A stretch of DNA of 61,189 nucleotides, from positions 1 through 61,189 of IMG/VR virus record IMGVR_UViG_3300045454_000015, one strand, 5' to 3'. Below are positions 8,037-14,866 of the stretch, in pieces; position 1 is the first letter of the stretch; every line of letters starts with the position of its first letter. The translations under genes and the position numbers were made by a program. This stretch comes from a virus. The notes below the pieces were generated by a model. The model was not told where the DNA came from, did not search any database, and was given only the letters and a program-made list of their open reading frames with translations.

Positions 8037-8059
8037 CCATGTGGGGACTGGCACTCACG

Positions 8060-8320
8060 TCACACCCCCTCTTGCTCGGGGATCTTGGGGGCGCCCTTGG
8101 CCTTCCTCAATTCAGGCCACAGCAGCCACCAGTCGTTGGGGCGCAGGTCCCAGCGCTTCACCGCCCCACCAGTTGCGACCTCGATGGCGGTCGCCCTCAG
8201 AGCTGGGACGGGACGTGTGCCACGGCTCCACTGCCACACCAGCTGCGGGGGGCAGCGCAGCAACTTGGCCAGCTCGGTCTGGCGCCCGTGGGCCTGGTCA
8301 ACGTAGTCGGCAAGGTTCAT
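8060..8320 (-). CDS. Cro-like (YdaS-type HTH) regulator, 86 aa
   Basis: QTELAKLLRCPPQLVWQWSRGTRPVP is an HTH. It is divergent from the repressor gene. Alternative starts exist at 8329 and 8356. Confidence 0.7.
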   Translation of the reverse strand: MNLADYVDQAHGRQTELAKLLRCPPQLVWQWSRGTRPVPALRATAIEVATGGAVKRWDLRPNDWWLLWPELRKAKGAPKIPEQEGV

Positions 8321-8327
8321 GGCCGAC

Positions 8328-8356
8328 ATATTAAGCGCGTCGCTTGATGTTTGCAA
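8328..8356 (-). promoter_or_regulatory. PR-like promoter (TTGCAA-17-TAATAT)
   Basis: The -35 lies at 8356..8351 and the -10 at 8333..8328 on the minus strand, overlapped by operator copies 1 and 2. The ATG at 8320 lies about 7 nt after the -10. Confidence 0.5.
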
Positions 8357-8392
8357 GCGCGGCGCTTCTTGGTCTTTCTAAGCGGTTCGCTT
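8333..8392. promoter_or_regulatory. Tripartite operator (3 x AAGCG-N3-CGCTT)
   Basis: Copies at 8333..8345 (aagcgcgtcgctt), 8355..8367 (aagcgcggcgctt) and 8380..8392 (aagcggttcgctt), all between the divergent cro-like and cI-like genes. Confidence 0.75.
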
Positions 8393-8397
8393 GCAAT
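8369..8397 (+). promoter_or_regulatory. Candidate weak PRM-like promoter (TTGGTC-17-TGCAAT)
   Basis: The -10 ends 6 nt before the ATG at 8404. Operator 2 abuts the -35 and operator 3 covers the spacer and -10. Confidence 0.3.
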
Positions 8398-8403
8398 CCG
8401 CAG

Positions 8404-8856
8404 ATGAAGACCGTCAGCGATATTCGGAGAGCCAACCTGGAGGCCCTAATCCAGGAGCACGGGACACTTGAGGCCGTGGCCGCCAAGGGATCAACCTCAT
8501 CGGTCTACCTGAGCCAGATTCGCAACTCGGCCAAGGACGCAAAGACAGGCCGGCCCAGGCAGATGGGCGACAAGATGGCTCGAGCATTGGAGCGCGGCTG
8601 CGGCAAGCCGCCTGGCTGGATGGACGCTGACCACTCAGGTCAGTCACCCGTGATCTACGATCCCGAGGCTGGGTCAGGAATGACGCTGGCCACCGCGATT
8701 GCTTACCTTGGTAGGCGCCTGCAGGACGTGGACGCCATGGACCGCCGGGCGGTGCTGGAGATGCTGAGGGGGCTGGAGACGCGCCCGGCCGATGCGCCGA
8801 GGATTGGTCAGGTCATCGAGCGACTGATGGAGGCAGCCAAACAGTCCATCGCATGA
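8404..8856 (+). CDS. CI-type repressor (HTH only, no peptidase domain), 150 aa
   Basis: MKTVSDIRRANLEALIQEHG...YLSQIRN...MGDKMARALERGCGKPPGWMD matches the phage CI-repressor HTH pattern. No S24 (LexA-like) C-terminal motifs. Confidence 0.7.
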   Translation: MKTVSDIRRANLEALIQEHGTLEAVAAKGSTSSVYLSQIRNSAKDAKTGRPRQMGDKMARALERGCGKPPGWMDADHSGQSPVIYDPEAGSGMTLATAIAYLGRRLQDVDAMDRRAVLEMLRGLETRPADAPRIGQVIERLMEAAKQSIA

Positions 8857-8996
8857 GGCCCCCCGCGCGAATTTATCCCATTCGCCCCCACTTGTTACAA
8901 GATGCAAGTCAGGAAAAGCCCTCGCCTCCCCCTTCAGGGGGATGTAACAGCGGTTGACCGCTGGCAATCTATCAGCATCCCTTAAGGAGAGACAGC

Positions 8997-9215
8997 ATGA
9001 AGACGTTTGCAGCCGCCGCGCTTCTTGTGCTCAGCTCGGCCAGCCACGCTTGGGGCCTGGACGCCGCGTTGCGCAGCGCTGGCATCCCGATTTCCGGCCC
9101 TTCCTACAACCTCTCGTGCGGCATCGCCCCGATCCCGCCCATAGGGTGCCGAGTCGGCCAGTGCGTGTGTGATGGCATGGGGCAAAACTGCAGGTGGACG
9201 TTCGTATGCAGTTGA
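8997..9215 (+). CDS. Secreted 6-Cys mini-protein, 72 aa
   Basis: Strong SD (taaggagag), signal peptide MKTFAAAALLVLSSASHA, and a mature part with six Cys. The region has lower GC. Confidence 0.6.
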   Translation: MKTFAAAALLVLSSASHAWGLDAALRSAGIPISGPSYNLSCGIAPIPPIGCRVGQCVCDGMGQNCRWTFVCS

Positions 9216-9661
9216 GGGCATGCGCCGCGGCAATGCTTCTGTGGGTTGGCCTTGCCGGCGGTGCCAAGGCGTCACCACCGATGCCGATCTACATCGACTC
9301 GACGTCCAATGACTCTGTTGGGCAGACGCTTTCGTATGCCATACGAGAGCGGGTCAGGCGCAGCGCCAGCATGGCCCTGGCTGCACAAGATCGTGATGCC
9401 AAGATCGTTCTACGCATCGTGACGATCGACCCGGATCAAGGCGCAAACAGCGCTCAGAACATGACCGTGTACTCCGCCACGATCACAATGTGGTCCGCCC
9501 ACAACTTTCCCCTTGAGGTGTACCTGAACTCTCGGGTGGGGCTCTGCGGAGCACAGCGCATCGAGCAGTGCGCGCTGCGAATCACCGCTCAGCTCGATGA
9601 AGAGGTGACACAACTGCGCGCCGTCTGGCGGCAGTTCGGGGTCGAGCCACCAAAAAACTGA
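9206..9661 (+). CDS. Secreted/periplasmic protein, 151 aa
   Basis: MQLRACAAAMLLWVGLAGGAKA is a signal peptide. The start overlaps the previous ORF by 10 nt. SD-like aggtgga. Confidence 0.6.
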   Translation: MQLRACAAAMLLWVGLAGGAKASPPMPIYIDSTSNDSVGQTLSYAIRERVRRSASMALAAQDRDAKIVLRIVTIDPDQGANSAQNMTVYSATITMWSAHNFPLEVYLNSRVGLCGAQRIEQCALRITAQLDEEVTQLRAVWRQFGVEPPKN

Positions 9662-9677
9662 AGCGCCACCCCGGCCG

Positions 9678-9701
9678 ACCGCCTGCGGGCGGTTTTCTTT
9701 T
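9678..9701 (+). terminator. Rho-independent terminator
   Basis: The accgcc-tgcg-ggcggt stem-loop is followed by ttttctttt, right after the moron. Confidence 0.75.
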
Positions 9702-9753
9702 GCCTTCGCGCTGATACGTAGTTGCATAGGTAATCGCGTTGCGCCGCTTAATT

Positions 9754-9788
9754 AAGCGTGTCGCTTGACAGCAGGAAGCGCCCCGCTT
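9754..9788. promoter_or_regulatory. OL-like operators (2 x AAGCG-N3-CGCTT)
   Basis: Copies at 9754..9766 (aagcgtgtcgctt) and 9776..9788 (aagcgccccgctt), plus the cgctt-aatt-aagcg palindrome at 9745..9758. Confidence 0.7.
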
Positions 9789-9793
9789 AAATT
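9765..9793 (+). promoter_or_regulatory. PL-like early promoter (TTGACA-17-TAAATT)
   Basis: Consensus -35 with a 17-nt spacer. Both hexamers are overlapped by operator copies. It is followed by SD GGAGAGG and the ATG at 9826. Confidence 0.65.
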
Positions 9794-9825
9794 CCTCTCC
9801 ACACCAACCACACGGAGAGGACGCG

Positions 9826-10128
9826 ATGAAGATCACCGCCATCCATGCGCCCGAGCGCCAGGCTCACGAAACCCAAGTCGAATACCGCTCCCGTCAGCGC
9901 GCCAGCAAGCGCCACCACCAGAAGATCGCGCTGAGCGGCCCGTATCGCTCGCCCGGCCGCAACACCGGCGGCAGCCGCCAGAACCTGCGCGACCTGCAGC
10001 GCCGCAACGGTTCCCTGTTCGCCGGTCTGTTCGGCGCCGGTCTGCGCGAGGCGATCACGCGCAAGAACCTCGCGGACATTGCCGAGCGCAAAGCGAAGGC
10101 CCTTCGTCTGGCTTCACGCGAGGCCTGA
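9826..10128 (+). CDS. Basic Arg-rich protein, first gene of the PL operon, 100 aa
   Basis: Track ORF with a good SD. RSRQRASKRHHQK is Arg-rich. It occupies the position of lambda N, but no homology is claimed. Confidence 0.6.
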   Translation: MKITAIHAPERQAHETQVEYRSRQRASKRHHQKIALSGPYRSPGRNTGGSRQNLRDLQRRNGSLFAGLFGAGLREAITRKNLADIAERKAKALRLASREA

Positions 10129-10129
10129 C

Positions 10130-10507
10130 ATGGCCCTCACCCTCGCCTACGACGCCGCCCAGGAGCGGCAGCACCAAGCCCGGCTTGAGGCCGGCCAGCG
10201 GCTGGCCGAGCGCACCGAGCACTGGCACCACCGCCTCAAGGCCCTGGTCGCGCTCGGCATGACCGGCGTTGAGCGCGTCGAGTTGCCCTACCGCATCTGC
10301 GGGTCGACCAGCTCGCGCATCGCCTTCGACAAGCTTCCCGAGGCCATCTACGACGCCTTCGACAGCGCCGGGGTGATGGCTGGGCTGATGCACGTGCTGG
10401 CCGAGAGCACCGACCCGCTCGTCGCCGAACTGCGCATCGTCATCGCCGAGCAGATCGCCCGCAGCCGAGCCACCGGCATCGCGGAATGCGAAGCCGAGAA
10501 CGCCTGA
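10130..10507 (+). CDS. Hypothetical protein, 125 aa
   Basis: Internal ATG (MALTLAYD) directly after the upstream stop. Confidence 0.55.
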   Translation: MALTLAYDAAQERQHQARLEAGQRLAERTEHWHHRLKALVALGMTGVERVELPYRICGSTSSRIAFDKLPEAIYDAFDSAGVMAGLMHVLAESTDPLVAELRIVIAEQIARSRATGIAECEAENA

Positions 10508-10518
10508 AGGAGCCCGCC

Positions 10519-10821
10519 ATGCACACCCAAACGCACGAAGCCCGCCTTCACACCATCGTGCGCAGCGACGGCACGCAGCGCGACCGCATGACGCTGGTGG
10601 ACCCGAAGCTGGACAACCCGCCGGTCGATCTTCCGGCGCCCACTGGCGGCTTGTGGACAGAGCCGCCGCCTCATCGCGCCGCGGCCTGCTTCGAGGACGA
10701 CAGCGACAGCAGCATGCGTGGTGCCGGCGTTGCCTTCGCGGCGGCCGGAATCATCGGAGCGTGCCTCGTCATCTATCACGCCCACACGATCGCCACGTGG
10801 ATCTTGGAGGTGCTGAAGTGA
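10519..10821 (+). CDS. Hypothetical protein with C-terminal TM helix, 100 aa
   Basis: SD aaggag precedes the ATG (MHTQTHEAR). C-terminal GVAFAAAGIIGACLVIY. Confidence 0.55.
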   Translation: MHTQTHEARLHTIVRSDGTQRDRMTLVDPKLDNPPVDLPAPTGGLWTEPPPHRAAACFEDDSDSSMRGAGVAFAAAGIIGACLVIYHAHTIATWILEVLK

Positions 10822-10922
10822 AGAACCGCAACAACGACCGCAAGCTCACGCTGATGCGCGCCCTGGGGGTGGTCTTCGTGATCGGCATTGCTGTGGGCCT
10901 GAGCTTCTGGGGGCTGCTGTGA
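10818..10922 (+). CDS. Possible small membrane protein, 34 aa
   Basis: GTG in a GTGA overlap. ALGVVFVIGIAVGLSFWGLL is hydrophobic. Confidence 0.3.
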   Translation: MKNRNNDRKLTLMRALGVVFVIGIAVGLSFWGLL

Positions 10923-11107
10923 TCCAGCACGCCCACGAACGCCCCAACCTGCCGCAGGACCACCGCGGCTATGCCTGGCTGCCCAGTGGCCGGGTGGTCT
11001 TCTGGACCGGCCGCGTGGCCATCGGCCTGCGGTACTCCCCGAACAAGCCCGCGCCCGCACCCCACGGGATGGAAGCGGTGCAAGACGCCATGAAGGTGAA
11101 GCAATGA
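10919..11107 (+). CDS. Hypothetical protein, 62 aa
   Basis: Track ORF with a GTG start overlapping the upstream stop. Confidence 0.4.
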   Translation: MIQHAHERPNLPQDHRGYAWLPSGRVVFWTGRVAIGLRYSPNKPAPAPHGMEAVQDAMKVKQ

Positions 11108-11931
11108 ACGCAGCAGTGAAACAAGACGCGCTCGAACTGGTCGAGCAGGATCAGCCGAAGTCTGGCGCACTGCAGGCGCGCCCTGCGCAATCCGTGGCCA
11201 TGGTGTCGGATCACGAAGCCGCCAGCCTCATCCAGGTGATCGCCGCTGCAGCCCGCGACCCGAACGTCGACATCGAGAAGATGGAGCGACTGTGGGCCAT
11301 GCACGAGCGCATGAAGGACCGCGCCGCAGAAGAGGCGTTCAACGACGCCATGAACAAGGCCCAGTCGGAGATGGGACGGATCGCCGCTGACGCTGAGAAC
11401 AAGCAGACGCGCAGCAGGTATGCCACCTACGGCAAGCTCGATGCTGCCGTGCGGCCGATCTACACGCGCCACGGCTTCTCGATCAGCTTCAACGAAGGCG
11501 AAGGGGCGCCCGAAGGCTGCGCCCGCATCCTGGCCTACGTGTCCCACACCGCTGGGCACACCCGCACCTACAAGGCCGATGTCCCGAACGACGGCAAGGG
11601 AGCCAAGGGCGGCGACGTGATGACCAAGACCCACGCCACCGGATCGGCTCACAGCTATGGCCGCCGCTACCTGCTGAAGGACATCTTCAACATCGCCATC
11701 GGCGAGGAAGACGACGACGGCAACGGCGGCGATGGCGGCGGATACACCCCTGAGGACAAGCTCGTCGAAGCCATGCTGGACACGGCGCGCGCTGAAGCCT
11801 TGAAGGGAACCACCGCCCTCCGGACGTGGTGGGACAAGCAGCTCAGCGAATCGGACCGGGAGAAGCTCGTTCCGCACCTGCGCTCGCTCAAGCAAGCCGC
11901 CCTCAAGGCAGACAAGGAGAGCGCGCAATGA
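11104..11931 (+). CDS. erf: ERF-family single-strand annealing protein, 275 aa
   Basis: ...NKQTRSRYATYGKLDAAVRPIY...THATGSAHSYGRRYLLKDIF... is a typical ERF core. It is followed by an exonuclease gene. Confidence 0.8.
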   Translation: MNAAVKQDALELVEQDQPKSGALQARPAQSVAMVSDHEAASLIQVIAAAARDPNVDIEKMERLWAMHERMKDRAAEEAFNDAMNKAQSEMGRIAADAENKQTRSRYATYGKLDAAVRPIYTRHGFSISFNEGEGAPEGCARILAYVSHTAGHTRTYKADVPNDGKGAKGGDVMTKTHATGSAHSYGRRYLLKDIFNIAIGEEDDDGNGGDGGGYTPEDKLVEAMLDTARAEALKGTTALRTWWDKQLSESDREKLVPHLRSLKQAALKADKESAQ

Positions 11932-12701
11932 AGTGCTTCAACTATCCGCAGGGCTCCGAGGACTGGTTGCGTGCAAGGGCTGGCGTTATCACCGCCTCGC
12001 GCTTTTCTGACGCACGCAAGAAGCTGGCGCGCGCCAGCGGTGACCGCAAGGCAGGCGACCCACACGGGGACGCGCTCAGCTACGCATGGCTGGTCGCCCT
12101 CGAAACCATCGCCCGCGAGCCGCTGGACGACACCTATGTCACTCGGGCGATGCAGCGGGGCCGCGACCTGGAACCGATCGCGCGCTCAGTCTACGAGGCT
12201 CGCACCGGCGCCTGGGTTGATGAAGTCAGCCTGATCCTGACGGACGACGAGCGCTTCGGCTACAGCGCCGATGGCATGGTCGCAGAGGACGGTCTGGTCG
12301 AGATCAAGGTCCCCATGAACGCCCAGAAGATCGGCGAGGTCTGGGCGAGCCCCGAAACCGCTCACCTCGAGTACATCGACCAGATCAACGGCGGCCTGTG
12401 GATCACCGGACGCAAGTGGTGCGACCTGATCGTGTACTGCCCCTGGCTGGCCCCGGTCGGCAAGGACCTGTTCGTCAAGCGCATCCACCGCGACGAGGAG
12501 GCCATCCAGTCCCTGGAGGACGACCTCGTGCGCTTCATGCGCCTGGTGGACGCGAACCTCGAAGTGCTGCGCCGCCCGACCAAGATGACTGGGCGCCCCA
12601 AGGACGAGCCCACTGACGTGGACGCCAATGACTTGCCCCCCTGGGAACCCACCGAGCCCAAGCCCGCCGGCAAGCCGGTGGTCGCAAACCCCTTTGCCTG
12701 A
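11928..12701 (+). CDS. YqaJ-type (lambda Exo-like) exonuclease, 257 aa
   Basis: QGSEDWLRARAGVITASRFSD, GYSADGMV and LVEIKVP match the PD-(D/E)XK YqaJ pattern. ATGA overlap with erf. Confidence 0.8.
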   Translation: MKCFNYPQGSEDWLRARAGVITASRFSDARKKLARASGDRKAGDPHGDALSYAWLVALETIAREPLDDTYVTRAMQRGRDLEPIARSVYEARTGAWVDEVSLILTDDERFGYSADGMVAEDGLVEIKVPMNAQKIGEVWASPETAHLEYIDQINGGLWITGRKWCDLIVYCPWLAPVGKDLFVKRIHRDEEAIQSLEDDLVRFMRLVDANLEVLRRPTKMTGRPKDEPTDVDANDLPPWEPTEPKPAGKPVVANPFA

Positions 12702-12713
12702 CCAGGAGCCCCC

Positions 12714-13928
12714 ATGTCTGCACAACCCGACCTCGCTTTCCCGCCCATTGCGCAGCCTGAAGCCGGTGCGGTGGCCACTCGGCCCACCAGCATTGCCGAG
12801 GCTGCCCTTGCGCTGTTCTCGCCCCACGAAGCCACGATGAAGGCCCTGGCCGAGAAGTACCGCAACGTGGCCTACGACCTGAGCACCCCGAAGGGCCTGA
12901 AGGCCGCGAAGGATGCGCGCCTGGAACTGCGCGAGCAGGGGCGCTTTGCCATCCAGCGGCTGCGCGACAAGACCAAGGACCAGCTCAACGACTGCAAGAA
13001 GGTGGTCGAGTCCGAGGCCACGCGGCTGATCGCCCTGGTGGAGCCGGTCGAGAACGCCGTGCACCAGCAGATCACGGCCCACGAAGAGAAGCTGGCCGCC
13101 GAGAAAGCCGAGCGCGACCGCATCGAGGCCGAGCGCAAGCAGAAGCACCTGGACGCCATCGCCGTGATTGCCTCCTACGTGGACAAGGCCCAGGGCCTGC
13201 CGGTGGAGCGCGTCGAGGCGGGCATCGCCTACGTGCAGGCCATCGACGTGAGCGCCGAGGTGTTCGAGGAGTTCGCCGCACGCGCGGCCGAACAGAAGCA
13301 GGTGACGATTGAGCGGCTGCAGAAGATGGTGGCCGAACTGAAGGCGGCGGCCGAGGCCGAGCGTCTGCGCCTGGAGAACGAGCGCATTGCCGCCGAGCTG
13401 GCCGCCCAGAAGCGAGCCCTGGAGGAGCAGGCTGCCGAGCTGGCCCGCCAGCAGCGAGAGATTGAAGAGACGCGGCAACGCGCCGCCACGCCGGCCGCAC
13501 CCGTGGCCACTGAAGGGAAGGCGGACACCCCTGAGCATGGCACGCTCGAAGCCGCCCCGATTCAATGGAGCGAGATGGCCGTATCGACGAGCGCCGGCCA
13601 GCACAGCCAAGAAAGCGCCTGTTCGACTCAGGCGGGAGGACAGGATGACGCGCCCACGGCGGCCGAAGGGCGGGGCGATCATGCGGAGGACAGCGAGGAC
13701 CTACCCGGAGTCGCGCCCGGGCCGCTCCACCAAACCTGCGTTGCCGCCGTGTCTGGCGACAACGCCCTCCTGGCCCAGTGCCTGGAACTGACCGAGTACG
13801 CCGCTGCTGCCTTCGCCGGCCGCTTCCCCTCGCACCCCAAACCCGGCCCCGACTGGTGGGCTGGCTTGCGCGAGCGCATCGAGCGCCTGCAGCCGCTGCT
13901 GCAGCAGGCCACTGGGAGCGCGAGATGA
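12714..13928 (+). CDS. Coiled-coil protein of the recombination module, 404 aa
   Basis: Track ORF with a long Ala/Glu/Arg/Lys coiled-coil centre. Its position next to erf/exo recalls DUF1351-type proteins. Confidence 0.55.
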   Translation: MSAQPDLAFPPIAQPEAGAVATRPTSIAEAALALFSPHEATMKALAEKYRNVAYDLSTPKGLKAAKDARLELREQGRFAIQRLRDKTKDQLNDCKKVVESEATRLIALVEPVENAVHQQITAHEEKLAAEKAERDRIEAERKQKHLDAIAVIASYVDKAQGLPVERVEAGIAYVQAIDVSAEVFEEFAARAAEQKQVTIERLQKMVAELKAAAEAERLRLENERIAAELAAQKRALEEQAAELARQQREIEETRQRAATPAAPVATEGKADTPEHGTLEAAPIQWSEMAVSTSAGQHSQESACSTQAGGQDDAPTAAEGRGDHAEDSEDLPGVAPGPLHQTCVAAVSGDNALLAQCLELTEYAAAAFAGRFPSHPKPGPDWWAGLRERIERLQPLLQQATGSAR

Positions 13929-14437
13929 CCAAGCCGCTGACCATCGAGCTGATCCATTCCCGCTGCGAGGAAGTCGGGGACTGCTGGATTTGGACTGGTG
14001 CGCTCACGGGGCCCGGCTATCCGTCGATGACCTACGGCGGAAAGCGCGGCATGAACCTCAGGCGCGAAGTGCTGCGCATCGAGGGCCGCCCGTCGCCTGC
14101 CGGCCACCGCGTCATCAACACGTGCCTCAACCCGAAGTGCCTCAACCCGGCGCACCTGAAGTCGCTCACGCCTGCCCAGTTCAATGCGTGGCTTGGCCGA
14201 CGTGGGCGCCTGAGCACGCCGGCCGTGAGGGCCGCACGGACCCGCTCGGCTCGAGAGCTGCGCGCGAAGCTCACCATCGAAGCTGCTCGTGCGATCCGAG
14301 CCAGGCGCGCCGAGGGCGCAACGATTGAGCAGATCGGCGCCGAGTTCGGCGTGCACAAGTCGCTCGCGGCGCGCATCTGCCGCGGCGAGGCATGGCGCGA
14401 GGCGCCGGCTGGCGCCTCTGTGTTCACGATGCGCTGA
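13925..14437 (+). CDS. HNH_3-type endonuclease with C-terminal HTH, 170 aa
   Basis: CWIWTGALTGPGYPSM...VINTCLNPKCLNPAHL is present. The C-terminal GATIEQIGAEFGVHKSLAARICRGEAW is HTH-like. Confidence 0.7.
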   Translation: MTKPLTIELIHSRCEEVGDCWIWTGALTGPGYPSMTYGGKRGMNLRREVLRIEGRPSPAGHRVINTCLNPKCLNPAHLKSLTPAQFNAWLGRRGRLSTPAVRAARTRSARELRAKLTIEAARAIRARRAEGATIEQIGAEFGVHKSLAARICRGEAWREAPAGASVFTMR

Positions 14438-14479
14438 ACAAGTTTCCACTGCAACAACCCGCCACCACAGGAGAACCAC

Positions 14480-14845
14480 GTGCACGAAGTCACGAAGCCC
14501 GAAACCACCGCCGCCGTCACCGACGTGAGCGAGTTCATGTCCGACCTCGATGGCGGCCAACTGGAGCGCAAGCTCTCGGTCGCCCTCTCGCAAACCGCCG
14601 CCGCCGTGATCGACAACGGCCGCGCGGGCGAGGTGAAGCTCATCTTCTCGTTCAAGCGCATCGAGGGGACCCACCAGGTCGCGCTCGAGCACAAGCTCAT
14701 CTTCGCCAGGCCCACCCTCGACGGCAAGGCCACCGAGGAAGAGAAGCGCGTCACGGTCATGCACGTCGGCAAGTTCGGCCGCCTGACCCTCGTGCCGGAG
14801 TCGCAGATTCCGCTGCTGGACCGCCAGGGCCAACCCACCAACTGA
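14480..14845 (+). CDS. Hypothetical protein, 121 aa
   Basis: Track ORF with a GTG start and SD aggaga. Confidence 0.55.
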   Translation: MHEVTKPETTAAVTDVSEFMSDLDGGQLERKLSVALSQTAAAVIDNGRAGEVKLIFSFKRIEGTHQVALEHKLIFARPTLDGKATEEEKRVTVMHVGKFGRLTLVPESQIPLLDRQGQPTN

Positions 14846-14866
14846 TCCACCACCAGGAAGACCACC

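Noticed and set aside
8927-8963. Two short perfect hairpins after the repressor gene as intrinsic terminators.
   Set aside because: The stems are only 6 bp and neither is followed by a T-run. They are kept only as a note within the moron finding.
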